A stretch of DNA of 63,902 bases, the filler included. It is 7 parts of 7 records of this genome, joined end to end, with 100 filler letters (N's around TTAATTAATTAA, not from the genome) between each part and the next. Parts side by side here need not be neighbours in the genome. Positions count along the whole stretch, not along the records: positions 36,258 to 49,083 come from SRR20825010_1162; 6 more parts are not named here. The stretch is one strand, 5' to 3'. Within the stretch, counting starts at the first letter, position 1. Each line of letters opens with the position of its first letter. The position numbers and the translations under genes are program-made. The notes beneath the pieces are model-generated. The model searched no databases and was not told the origin of the DNA. It saw only the letters and a program-made list of their open reading frames with translations. Below, one piece after another: positions 36,880-46,256 of the stretch.

Positions 36880-37182
36880 TTAGGAATGGGCATTTTTTTG
36901 AGCGGCTTCAAATGCGGCAAGCTGTTCCGCTGTCGCTTCCGGCTGGAATTTTGCCTTCCATTCCGCAAAAGGCATTCCATAAATCATCGCCCGCGCGTCA
37001 TCCTTGCTCATCTCGACACCCCGGTCGCCTCCCGCCTCGCGCAACCAATCCGCCAGACAATTACGGCAAAAGCCCGCCAAGATCATCAGATCGATATTCT
37101 GCACATCCGTCCGCGCCCCCAGATGGGCGACAAGCCGCCGAAATGCCGCCGCTTCAAGCTCGGTCTGTGTTGCCTTGTCCAT
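36880..37182 (-). CDS. DUF1244 family protein
   Basis: ELEAAAFRRLV.HL...DVQNIDLM.LAGFCRNCL; start ATG 37182. Confidence 0.9.
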   Translation of the reverse strand: MDKATQTELEAAAFRRLVAHLGARTDVQNIDLMILAGFCRNCLADWLREAGGDRGVEMSKDDARAMIYGMPFAEWKAKFQPEATAEQLAAFEAAQKNAHS

Positions 37183-37195
37183 TTTACTGCTCCCG

Positions 37196-37984
37196 TTAGT
37201 CGTCGGTTCGTGAACCGTAATATCTGATTTCATGCATATAGGGTGCATCGGCGGCCTCACCAACAAGTCGCGCGAGGCGCTCCACCCATTCCGCCTGCCC
37301 TTGCGCACTATCGATCAGGTCCTGTCGTATCTCGATCAGCACATGCGGAAACCCGTTTAGCGTGCCGTGCTTGTAAAGACAGTCATTCTTCAACGCACCC
37401 GTATAAGGTTCATTGTCACCGATGATAAGTCCCGGCTCCTTGCGCAACGCTTCGAGCAATGGTTTGGGCAACCGATCATCCTTGTCCCAGAGAATACCCC
37501 CATGCCATTCACGTGCGCGCCCGCGCCAATAAGGTGTAAAACTGTGGATGGAGAGAATACACGGCACGACACCAGCCACCTGCGCTTTTCTCAACTCCGA
37601 TGCAATTGCCGCGTGATAGGGCGCATGGAAATCATCCATTCGTCGCTCAAACTCCGCGACATCCTGAAAGGCATCTACATCTCGGTTAGCCGGTATGATC
37701 GCCCCGTCCGACAATTTCATCACCAGTGTCGGATCGTCCGCGCCGCGATTGAGGTCAATCAATAAACGGGAATATCGCGCCAACACGGCCCGGCAAGACA
37801 GAGCTTTCGCCAACCCCTTCGCGACTTCCGCAGCACCAATGTCATAAGCAATGTGACGCGTAAATTCTTCTGCTACCAACCCCAATGTTCCATAGCCTTG
37901 GGGCAAATCATTGGAAGCATGATCGCAGATAACCAGATAGCCTGACGCCACCTCGGCTGTTTCATTGTAAATTTCATATGGCAT
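37196..37984 (-). CDS. N-formylglutamate amidohydrolase family protein
   Basis: CDHAS, HIAYDIGA, SRLLIDLNR, HSFTP, GDNEPY and IEIRQDLI motifs. Confidence 0.92.
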   Translation of the reverse strand: MPYEIYNETAEVASGYLVICDHASNDLPQGYGTLGLVAEEFTRHIAYDIGAAEVAKGLAKALSCRAVLARYSRLLIDLNRGADDPTLVMKLSDGAIIPANRDVDAFQDVAEFERRMDDFHAPYHAAIASELRKAQVAGVVPCILSIHSFTPYWRGRAREWHGGILWDKDDRLPKPLLEALRKEPGLIIGDNEPYTGALKNDCLYKHGTLNGFPHVLIEIRQDLIDSAQGQAEWVERLARLVGEAADAPYMHEIRYYGSRTDD

Positions 37985-38061
37985 GGCAGGAATTCAAACA
38001 GACAGCTCGATCACACGAAAATGCAGCACAACACTCGAGGGCTGCACACTATAGGCAAGAG

Positions 38062-39375
38062 ATGCGCATGACGACCAGCGACCGCAATGAGAAATCACGA
38101 CGGCTTCTGCTCTCGCTATTCAATATCGCCATTGATGCCGCCCGCCCCAGCCATATCCTGTCACCCCATCTGCCGCCTCCACCTCCACCCGAAAATCGTT
38201 TGGTCGTCATTGCGATTGGCAAAGCAGCCGCTGCCATGGCGTATGAAGCCGAGCAGCATTACGAGGGCCACCCCGTAGAGGGCATTGCCCTTACGCGCCA
38301 TAGCCATAGCAATGGCATTGCACTTCACCAAATTGCCTTGCACGAAGCGGGGCACCCGGTGCCCGACCATTTCGGGGAATCCGCAAGCAACAAGATCATG
38401 GCACTCGCAAGCGGACTGGGGCCGCGCGATCTTGCACTTGTGCTCATCTCCGGTGGAGGGTCCGCGTTGGCGAGCCTACCGCTTAAGGGCATCAGCTTGA
38501 GTGACAAACAAAAACTGACACGCGATCTACTGGCATCCGGCGCACCCATTCAGGATATCAACACCGTGCGAAAACATTTAAGCCTCATCAAAGGCGGCCG
38601 TCTGGCAAAGGCTCTTTATCCAGCATCCATTATCACACTGGCCATTTCCGATGTGGCGGGTGACGAACCAAGTGTGATCGCCTCGGGGCCGACAGTCCCT
38701 GATCCCACAACTCGTGCAGATGCATTCGCTATTCTAAAAAAATGGAATGTCCAACCACCAACAAGCGTCATCAACGCTATATCTCAGGCAACCGAAACAC
38801 CGAAAAGGACCGATCCTGTCTTCGCCAATGCGCCCTTCACCGTAATCGCCAGCGGAGCTGTCTCACTAAGAGCTGCTGCGGAAGTTGCAAGAGAAAACGG
38901 CTACGACATTCTCGATCTCGGCGATCACGTAACCGGTGAAGCACGCGACATCGCCCGCCACCACGCGGCACTGGCTCTGGATGCAAGTGCGCAAGGTCGC
39001 AAGCTTGCTATCCTCTCAGGCGGTGAAGTCTCGGTAACTTTTGAAAAGACCGGACCAAACACCCCCTCACCACGCGGTGGACCAAACCAGGAATACGCAC
39101 TTGCCCTCGCCATTGCACTTAAAGGCGCCAAAAACATTTGTGCCCTTGCAGGCGACACAGACGGAATAGACGGTGGTTCCGGTGCCGCAGACGATCCGGC
39201 GGGCGCGATGGTCTTTCCTGACACGTTGCAACGCGCCTCTGTAGCCGCTCACGATCCAGCGCGCGCGCTTGAAGCTCACGCATCAGGCAGTTTCTTTGAG
39301 GGTCTTGGCGATCTGGTTCAAACAGGCCCCAGCCATACCAACGTCAATGATTTCCGCATCATTCTTGTCGGTTAA
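38062..39375 (+). CDS. Glycerate 2-kinase (TtuD/MOFRL family)
   Basis: GKAAAAM, HPVPD, LISGGGSAL, SDV.GD, TDGIDG and TGPSHTNVND motifs. Confidence 0.93.
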   Translation: MRMTTSDRNEKSRRLLLSLFNIAIDAARPSHILSPHLPPPPPPENRLVVIAIGKAAAAMAYEAEQHYEGHPVEGIALTRHSHSNGIALHQIALHEAGHPVPDHFGESASNKIMALASGLGPRDLALVLISGGGSALASLPLKGISLSDKQKLTRDLLASGAPIQDINTVRKHLSLIKGGRLAKALYPASIITLAISDVAGDEPSVIASGPTVPDPTTRADAFAILKKWNVQPPTSVINAISQATETPKRTDPVFANAPFTVIASGAVSLRAAAEVARENGYDILDLGDHVTGEARDIARHHAALALDASAQGRKLAILSGGEVSVTFEKTGPNTPSPRGGPNQEYALALAIALKGAKNICALAGDTDGIDGGSGAADDPAGAMVFPDTLQRASVAAHDPARALEAHASGSFFEGLGDLVQTGPSHTNVNDFRIILVG

Positions 39376-39511
39376 AATCGAATCTCACTATGCTCTTACA
39401 CAAAATTCGGGGTGATTTTTTACTTTCACTCATATCTTCCATGTCATACTGGCGGCGCAATTCACCGGCATAAAAGCCGGACAAGATGCATCAATTCAGG
39501 AGCGCGCTACT

Positions 39512-40948
39512 TTGATCCGCCGCCGCAACGTCAAAATCATCGCAACACTCGGCCCAGCCTCCAGCACACCGGAAATGATTCGTGCGCTGTTCGACGCAGG
39601 TGCAGACGTCTTCCGCCTCAACATGAGCCACCTCAACCACGAGAACCTGAAAAAGGTTCATGGGCTCATTCGTGACGTCGAAAAACAAGTCGATCGCCCG
39701 ATCTCAATTCTCGCAGATCTGCAGGGCCCCAAACTGCGCGTTGGGGAAATGGAAGGCGGCTCGGTTGAGCTGGAAACCGGCCAAACCTTCCGGCTTGATC
39801 TGGACAAAGCCAAAGGCACCAACAAACGTGCGCCCTTGCCCCACCCCGAAATTTTCGCATCAGTCAAAAAAGGCCATGCCTTGCTGCTAGACGACGGCAA
39901 GATTCGCTTGCGTGTGACCGATTGCGGTGATGGTTTCGCGGAAACAGAAGTGATTGTCGGCGGTACATTATCGAACCGCAAAGGCGTGAACGTGCCAGAG
40001 GCCGTGCTGCCTGTCGCCGCGCTAACCGAAAAAGACCGTCGCGACTTTGATGCCGTTCTCGAACTGGGCGTTGATTGGGTTGCCCTCTCCTTTATCCAGC
40101 GACCCGAGGATATTGCGGAAGCCCGCAAGATAGCCCGCGGTCGCGCAGCAATTCTAGCCAAAATCGAGAAGCCCCAAGCTCTCGTCCATCTTGATGAAAT
40201 TATAGAGATGGCCGACGCTCTGATGGTCGCCCGTGGCGATCTCGGCGTTGAGCTCCCACTGGAACAAGTCCCCGGTTGGCAAAAGCGTATCACGCGTGCC
40301 GCGCGCCGCGCAGGCAAACCCGTTGTTGTAGCCACCCAGATGCTGGAATCGATGATTGAATCACCCGTGCCGACACGCGCGGAAGTCTCCGACGTCGCCA
40401 CGGCCGTTTTCGAAGGTGCTGATGCCATCATGCTTTCTGCCGAAAGCGCCGCCGGTCAATATCCGGTGGAAGCGGTGCGCATGATGAACAATGTGGCAGT
40501 CGAGGTAGAAGGCGACCCAACCTATCCCGGCATCATCTACGCGCAAGGCACTCAGCCCGAAGCAACAGGGGCCGACGCCATCAGCGCAGCCGCCCATATG
40601 GTCGCCGATACACTCAAGGCCGCCGCCATTGTCTGCTGGACAAATTCGGGTTCCACCGGCCTGCGTGCAGCCCGCGAGCGGCCAATGGTTCCCATTCTCG
40701 CCCTGACGCCAGTGCCGGACACCGCAAGACGCCTTGCACTGGTTTGGGGTCTTCATTGTGTTCTGACAGCAGATGCAAAAGACTTGGATGACGTGGCCGA
40801 ACGCGCGTGTGGAATTGCATTCGCAGAAGGCTATGCACAACCGGGTCAGCGCATTGTTGTCACCGCCGGATTGCCACTTGGCACACCGGGCGCAACAAAC
40901 ATGTTGCGAGTTGCCTTTGTCGGACGTTCCGGCACATCAGCAGGCTAA
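39512..40948 (+). CDS. pyk: Pyruvate kinase
   Basis: KIIATLGPAS, RLNMSH, AKIEK, MVARGDLGVE and ATQMLESM motifs. Confidence 0.97.
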   Translation: MIRRRNVKIIATLGPASSTPEMIRALFDAGADVFRLNMSHLNHENLKKVHGLIRDVEKQVDRPISILADLQGPKLRVGEMEGGSVELETGQTFRLDLDKAKGTNKRAPLPHPEIFASVKKGHALLLDDGKIRLRVTDCGDGFAETEVIVGGTLSNRKGVNVPEAVLPVAALTEKDRRDFDAVLELGVDWVALSFIQRPEDIAEARKIARGRAAILAKIEKPQALVHLDEIIEMADALMVARGDLGVELPLEQVPGWQKRITRAARRAGKPVVVATQMLESMIESPVPTRAEVSDVATAVFEGADAIMLSAESAAGQYPVEAVRMMNNVAVEVEGDPTYPGIIYAQGTQPEATGADAISAAAHMVADTLKAAAIVCWTNSGSTGLRAARERPMVPILALTPVPDTARRLALVWGLHCVLTADAKDLDDVAERACGIAFAEGYAQPGQRIVVTAGLPLGTPGATNMLRVAFVGRSGTSAG

Positions 40949-40976
40949 CTACCCCCATCATCGTTCGGGCTAGAGT

Positions 40977-41969
40977 TTACGGGGCCTGCCCGGTTTCTGG
41001 CTCAATGATCTTTGTGCCAGCATCCGGCTTTTGGCCCAGTGACAGTCGCGAAAGCGCATCAATCACGAGGTCCGGCCGGACGTAATGCGGCATGTGTCCG
41101 ACACCAACGAGTTTGATCATCTCCGAGCCTTCGATTTCCTTATGTAGGGCATAGGAATGAAGCTTTGCCAGCACCGTCTGATCACGATTGCCAGTAACAA
41201 TAATGGTCGGCACTTTGATGTCGCCATAGCGCTGACTCTGTCCGCGCAAGTGGTCACGCAGCGACGATGAATCCTGACTATTGGCACGAAAATTTGCGGG
41301 ACGGAAAAGAAGCGGCAGACCGATACGCCGCGCATAGTCGGCGGGTACGACGTTAGGTGCAAAATTATTGCGGATACCCGCCCCCATCAACAACTGCCCA
41401 CCGGGCACCATCAGCAGATGGAGAAACATCGTGCCGAGCACAGGAGTGCGCACAATCCGGTGATACCAGGCCGTTTTGCCTTTCCAGACGTGAGTTGCCC
41501 CAGCCATGACAAGCAGGCCAGATAGCTCATCGGGGAAAGATAGAGCATAGGCGGTTGCCACGGCACCACCCCATGAATGTCCGAGCAGGACAGGTTTTTC
41601 TAAGCCCAACGCATGGATCGCTTCACGCAAAACACCAGCCTGCACAGCAGGATCGGTTATACCATCGCGCGACGGACGCTTGCTCCAGCCGTGCCCTGGC
41701 CGGTCAAACGCAACAACATGATGCCGCTTGGCAAGCTCGGGCATCAGACTTTCCGCCATATCGCCAAGATTGCCGCTGGCACCATGCACCAGCACAATGG
41801 GAGCGCCTTCAGGATTCTCAGGCCCCATGGAGAGATAGTGAATATCGGCACCGGCAACGCGGATAAATCCTCCGCGTGGTCGATGGCGCGTCTCCGCCAG
41901 CATAAAATTGACAGCGGAATAAAGTAGAAGCAGACCAATCAAGACAGCCACAACCCCGATGATCCACAT
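40977..41969 (-). CDS. Membrane-anchored alpha/beta hydrolase
   Basis: N-terminal TM, HGASGN, DRPGHG, GHSWGG nucleophile elbow and GHMPH. Confidence 0.9.
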   Translation of the reverse strand: MWIIGVVAVLIGLLLLYSAVNFMLAETRHRPRGGFIRVAGADIHYLSMGPENPEGAPIVLVHGASGNLGDMAESLMPELAKRHHVVAFDRPGHGWSKRPSRDGITDPAVQAGVLREAIHALGLEKPVLLGHSWGGAVATAYALSFPDELSGLLVMAGATHVWKGKTAWYHRIVRTPVLGTMFLHLLMVPGGQLLMGAGIRNNFAPNVVPADYARRIGLPLLFRPANFRANSQDSSSLRDHLRGQSQRYGDIKVPTIIVTGNRDQTVLAKLHSYALHKEIEGSEMIKLVGVGHMPHYVRPDLVIDALSRLSLGQKPDAGTKIIEPETGQAP

Positions 41970-41973
41970 ACTG

Positions 41974-42582
41974 TCAGATACCTCTACCCTCGACATCGAT
42001 TGAAAGTGATTTCTCGATCTGCGCCGCACCGTCCAGCCATGGATTGAGTGTCAGAGCACGGCGAAAGACCTCCAGCGCGCCCTGTTTGTCCCCCAGTTGC
42101 TCCAGCATCAGCGCGAGGCCACCCATCGCAATAAATTGCCGGGGTTCGAGCCTAAGAACCTGCTCCAGATCGGCCAATGCACGGGAAAAATTGTCCTGAA
42201 CATAAAAGACCGTTGCGCGCTTGTGCCAGCCTTCCGCAAAGGCAGGATCCAACACCACCACTTCGTTGAAGTAGAACATCGCGCGGTCGTATTCCTTAGC
42301 ATCATAAGCTTCAAGCCCACGCGACATGAGAATGTCGATGCTGGGGCTTCCCGACTGGAGCCAGACACGTCCGATGGCGTCCTCGATCGGCTTACCCTCT
42401 TCGGCGGATTTTGACTTCGCAAGCTCCGCAAAAAGCGCGTCCAGCATGGCTGCCCGCGGCGGCTTGTTGTCCTGATCGCTAAGCGGAGGCGGCGGAGCAA
42501 TTTCAGCACGCACAGGCGCGACCGACACGCCAAGCGAGGTCAGTAGAAAAAACACGGCCAAAGCAGCGGAATAGCGAGCCAT
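41974..42582 (-). CDS. Exported tetratricopeptide repeat protein
   Basis: Signal peptide plus TPR motifs (LDPAFAEGWHKRA, LRLEPR, LTLNP). Confidence 0.85.
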   Translation of the reverse strand: MARYSAALAVFFLLTSLGVSVAPVRAEIAPPPPLSDQDNKPPRAAMLDALFAELAKSKSAEEGKPIEDAIGRVWLQSGSPSIDILMSRGLEAYDAKEYDRAMFYFNEVVVLDPAFAEGWHKRATVFYVQDNFSRALADLEQVLRLEPRQFIAMGGLALMLEQLGDKQGALEVFRRALTLNPWLDGAAQIEKSLSIDVEGRGI

Positions 42583-42623
42583 TAGGAAATCATAGCTGCG
42601 ACCGAAGATTCCTCCAAGCGCGG

Positions 42624-43679
42624 TCAGGCGTTGAGGTCCTGCCGCATGCAGCCGTCAAACTCGGTGATAAAATCAGCACCGTATGCAAGAGAAGGGGTTT
42701 GAAAGCCTGGTGTGATCTCGCCAGCCAGCGCTCTGCGGACAATCTCCAGGCTTGTCATGGCTGTCAGCGTATAGCCTTCGGGGCTGGTCAAACGGGAGAC
42801 AACCCGCTCGCCTGCGGCGTTCACGGCCTCACCCACCAGCACGCTCTGACCCTCACGGCGCTCGGCGTCAGTCGGGCCTTCGGGCATCTCATCCACTTTT
42901 GCCTTCAGACGACGCTGCATGAAGCCGAGGCTGGCAATCCATCGTTTGAAGCCACCAAGACCCGCCATCTGCTCAAGCTGCGGTGTGCTTTCAAAATAAA
43001 CTGTAATGCGTGGGATAGATGTGGAGTGATAGGCCGTCGAGATATCGCCCCACCCCACTGCAATCGCATCGCGTGGGCCCTGACCAAAATCCACCTCTGT
43101 GCGCGGCGGTGTCTTGAGCGCCACAATACGGCCATCGCGACGAACGCGTGTGCCGTCACCAATGCTCTCAATGCCGGTTTTGGCTGTGCCACGCGACATA
43201 CCACCAAGGCCCGAAATGGAAATTGCGAGTTCCACTGCGTCCGGCATGCGGGCTTTCATATGCGCGGCAAGACAGTCACTGGGCACAACATCGAAGCCGA
43301 CACCGGGCAAAACCATGATGCCGGCTTCTTTAGCGGCGGCATCACGCGCGGCGCAAGCTTCGAACACGTCGATTTCACCTGTTATATCGAGATAATGCGT
43401 GGCGGTTCGAATGCAGCCATCAAGCATAAGTTTCGATGTTTGCGAAAAGGGGCCAGCAATATGCAAAACCAAATCGACTTCATTCAGAGCTGAATCGAGC
43501 GCTTCTTTGTTGGAAAGTTCAAAGGCGCGATATTCAAATCCATGCTGACCTGCAATCGACTTCAGACGCGCTTCGCTGCGACCTGCAAGAATGGGCTGCA
43601 TACCAAGAGCTTTTGCCGTGCGAGCAACAAGTTTACCGGTATAGCCGGTGGCACCGTAAATCAGGAATTTGTCGCTCAT
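42624..43679 (-). CDS. Saccharopine dehydrogenase-like NAD(P)-binding oxidoreductase
   Basis: IYGATGYTG, AGPFS, HYLDITGE and GFDVVPSD motifs. Confidence 0.9.
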   Translation of the reverse strand: MSDKFLIYGATGYTGKLVARTAKALGMQPILAGRSEARLKSIAGQHGFEYRAFELSNKEALDSALNEVDLVLHIAGPFSQTSKLMLDGCIRTATHYLDITGEIDVFEACAARDAAAKEAGIMVLPGVGFDVVPSDCLAAHMKARMPDAVELAISISGLGGMSRGTAKTGIESIGDGTRVRRDGRIVALKTPPRTEVDFGQGPRDAIAVGWGDISTAYHSTSIPRITVYFESTPQLEQMAGLGGFKRWIASLGFMQRRLKAKVDEMPEGPTDAERREGQSVLVGEAVNAAGERVVSRLTSPEGYTLTAMTSLEIVRRALAGEITPGFQTPSLAYGADFITEFDGCMRQDLNA

Positions 43680-43736
43680 CAATCCTCCGCAAATCTCGCC
43701 CAATATGTGACTGCGCGAGACTATAGCGCGAATCGA

Positions 43737-44351
43737 TCAAAGAATAAGGCCGAGTTGGCGCAGATCACCGGCAAGCCCCTCAGCGTGGACGAAATGATGC
43801 GTCTGAAAGCCCAAAACCGCTGCGGCATCGACATTCTTGCGCGAGTCGTCGATGAAAAGCGTATTCTCTGGCACGAGCCCAGCCCGCTCGATCAGGATTT
43901 CAAAAATACGCGGATCGGGTTTAATGACACCTTCGGCACCGGAGACAACCGTCGTCCCGAAGCGTTGCAACTCGGGATATGCCTCGCGCAGATAATCAAA
44001 AACGGGCACCGGCATATTGGTAAGCCCGTGAAGCACTATGCCTTTGTCACCCATAGCATGAAGAAGGTCGGCGGTGCCGGGAACGCGACCGGGAATCATC
44101 TCTGAATAGCGCGACCACCAAAGGTCGATGAGATCGCCGTGATCGGGGTGAACGGATTTGAGACGGGCGGCGTTTTCCTCGAAGGAAACCCCGTAATCAT
44201 GCGCCAAATGCCACTCCATGGTGCAGATTTCGGCCAGAAACCGCTCCATTTCGGGCTCGGAGGCAAAGACCTTGCGATAGAGATGGCGCGGATCCCATCC
44301 GACCAGAACATTGCCGATATCGAATACAACACTCGTCACAGCTCCGCTCAT
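43737..44351 (-). CDS. HAD-family phosphatase
   Basis: VVFDIGNVL, LTN, KPDPRIF and FIDD motifs. Confidence 0.9.
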   Translation of the reverse strand: MSGAVTSVVFDIGNVLVGWDPRHLYRKVFASEPEMERFLAEICTMEWHLAHDYGVSFEENAARLKSVHPDHGDLIDLWWSRYSEMIPGRVPGTADLLHAMGDKGIVLHGLTNMPVPVFDYLREAYPELQRFGTTVVSGAEGVIKPDPRIFEILIERAGLVPENTLFIDDSRKNVDAAAVLGFQTHHFVHAEGLAGDLRQLGLIL

Positions 44352-44377
44352 ACATCTTACCCCTTGAAAACAAACGG

Positions 44378-44407
44378 AAAAAGGCCGCATCCCGAAAGAT
44401 GCGGCCT
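44378..44407 (-). terminator. Intrinsic terminator after the L36 gene
   Basis: Minus strand AGGCCGCATC-tttcgg-GATGCGGCCT followed by TTTT. Confidence 0.75.
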
Positions 44408-44457
44408 GAATTCTTCAGCAGCGAAACCCGAGAGGGTCGCGCGCGCCAACTGGCAGC

Positions 44458-44583
44458 TTAGCCCTGACGGGCTTTGAAGCGCGGGTTGGTCTTGTTGATC
44501 ACATAAACACGGCCCTTGCGACGCACGAGACGGTTGTTGCGGTGACGACCACGCAGGGATTTCAACGAGTTACGGATTTTCAT
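44458..44583 (-). CDS. rpmJ: 50S ribosomal protein L36, zinc-free type B
   Basis: [41 protein letters not shown] (ykgO-type, no Cys). Confidence 0.97.
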   Translation of the reverse strand: MKIRNSLKSLRGRHRNNRLVRRKGRVYVINKTNPRFKARQG

Positions 44584-44744
44584 AGCGAAACCTTCGAGGC
44601 CAAAATTCTGGAATTGGGAACTGCGATCGGCCAAAACGCCCCGCCTCCGAGCAAGCTCGAAACTCCCTGAACTGGCGCGGAACCTAAGGGGCGGCTCTAC
44701 ATCTGTCAACCCGCTTCCTTGCGGCAAAACAAGCTTTTCCTACG

Positions 44745-44786
44745 AGAGATCGAACGTTTCCAGCTAGAGATCGAGCGTTTCCAGCA
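44745..44786. repeat. 21-bp tandem duplication in an intergenic region
   Basis: AGAGATCGAACGTTTCCAGCT / AGAGATCGAGCGTTTCCAGCA (19/21 identical). Confidence 0.8.
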
Positions 44787-44895
44787 TGAGCTTGCGCATC
44801 TCTTTTCTATAAGCCCATTTCAGTTTAAACCATCTCCCAACATGAAATTGGCGCGGGCGTCACTTTTGCCCGCCAGCCCACGGAATAGTAGTATT

Positions 44896-45918
44896 ATGGC
44901 ATATGATAACAAAGAGGTGGCCCCCCCGAACTACCTCGAAGAACCCGCCAGCCGCACCCTGCCGGACGAGGATATTATCCATCACCGCCCGCAATGGTTT
45001 CGCGACGCGCTGGACCACACGCATGAAAGCCGCAAGGTGAATGTGGATGGCACCAATATCCATTACCTGCGCTGGGGCAAAAAGGGCGAAGCTTACGATC
45101 CAACCCGGCCCGGCCTCCTCTTCGTGCATGGCAATGGCGCGCATGCCTTCTGGTTTGCCTTCATCGCCCCGCTGCTGACCGATAGCTACAATGTCGCCTC
45201 GATGGATCTGGGCGGCATGGGTGACAGCGACTGGTGCGAGAGCTATACGCGCGACACCTTCGCCCACCAGATCGGCGCGGTCGCCTTCGACGCCGAACTC
45301 GGCCCCAAGCCCGTCATTGTCGGTCACTCTTTCGGCGGCTTCGTGACGCTGATTGCTGGCAAGCATTACAGCGACCGCCTCGGCGGACTGATCCTTTGCG
45401 ACTTCACCGTGCGCTCGCCCGAAACCCATCGCGAATGGTTCCTCGATGATGGTCGTGTGCGTCGCCCGACCCGCGTCTATCCCGATTTTGAAACAGCCAA
45501 GGCCCGCTTCCGCCTTGCGCCGCTGCAACCTTGCGCCAACGGCTTCATTGTCGATTACATTGGCGGCCTGTCGCTGCGCGAAGTCCAAAAAGGCGAGAAC
45601 CCCGGTCGCAAACCGTCAGACGAAGCCGGATGGACCTGGAAGTTCGATGCCGAAATGTTCAACGGCCTTGAGATGGGCCGCGACCATCCCGACATCTACA
45701 AATCCCTGAAATGCCCCAAGGCCACAATGTTCGGCCTTGAGAGCAAGGACTATGATCCCGCCTCGATCGACTATCTGCGCGAGATCGCACCTGAAGCGCC
45801 TGTCTTTACGGTGCCCGGCGCACAGCACCACATCATGCTGGACCAGCCGCACGCATTTGCGACAGCGGTGGCAAGCCTGATGGCGCAATGGGATGCAGAG
45901 GGAAAACTCTCCCGATGA
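44896..45918 (+). CDS. Alpha/beta hydrolase
   Basis: HGNGAHA.W, D..GMGDS, GHSFGG, WTWKFD and HHIMLDQP motifs. Start ATG 44896. Confidence 0.9.
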   Translation: MAYDNKEVAPPNYLEEPASRTLPDEDIIHHRPQWFRDALDHTHESRKVNVDGTNIHYLRWGKKGEAYDPTRPGLLFVHGNGAHAFWFAFIAPLLTDSYNVASMDLGGMGDSDWCESYTRDTFAHQIGAVAFDAELGPKPVIVGHSFGGFVTLIAGKHYSDRLGGLILCDFTVRSPETHREWFLDDGRVRRPTRVYPDFETAKARFRLAPLQPCANGFIVDYIGGLSLREVQKGENPGRKPSDEAGWTWKFDAEMFNGLEMGRDHPDIYKSLKCPKATMFGLESKDYDPASIDYLREIAPEAPVFTVPGAQHHIMLDQPHAFATAVASLMAQWDAEGKLSR

Positions 45919-46130
45919 GAGAAGTCCTGACACTCTATCCGACACTGGGGATCATGGCCGCATTGCTGCTGGCCGTGATCTACCTGCTCTGGAAAGAGAA
46001 ACAGCCACGCGAACTGGGCAAGGTCCGGCTGATACCGACAACACCGCTCATGTTTCTCGCCATTCTCGGCATCGTGGTGATGGCCGCGCATCTGCTGACA
46101 CTATTCGGCATGCATACGGGCCGACACTAG
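45915..46130 (+). CDS. Small two-TM membrane protein (71 aa)
   Basis: ATGA overlap with the upstream hydrolase; two hydrophobic helices flanking KVRLIP. Confidence 0.7.
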   Translation: MREVLTLYPTLGIMAALLLAVIYLLWKEKQPRELGKVRLIPTTPLMFLAILGIVVMAAHLLTLFGMHTGRH

Positions 46131-46256
46131 AAGACCGTTTGACCTCGCTGAACACCACGCAAGCCCCCCCACCCTCCGCTCACCTTCGTTCGCTCCTCCC
46201 ACTCCCGCAGGAAAAGGGATTGAAGGAAGCAAGAGAAAGTCGGGTGGGACACCCTT

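Noticed and set aside
44458-44583. Zinc-free L36 as a sign of zinc-starvation adaptation
   Set aside because: The Cys-free form is the normal L36 in Alphaproteobacteria.
46140-46256. C-rich/G-rich REP-like element between convergent genes, and a CGTCATGGCCGG REP-like start at 49072-49083
   Set aside because: Single or truncated copies only; repeat status cannot be shown within this window.
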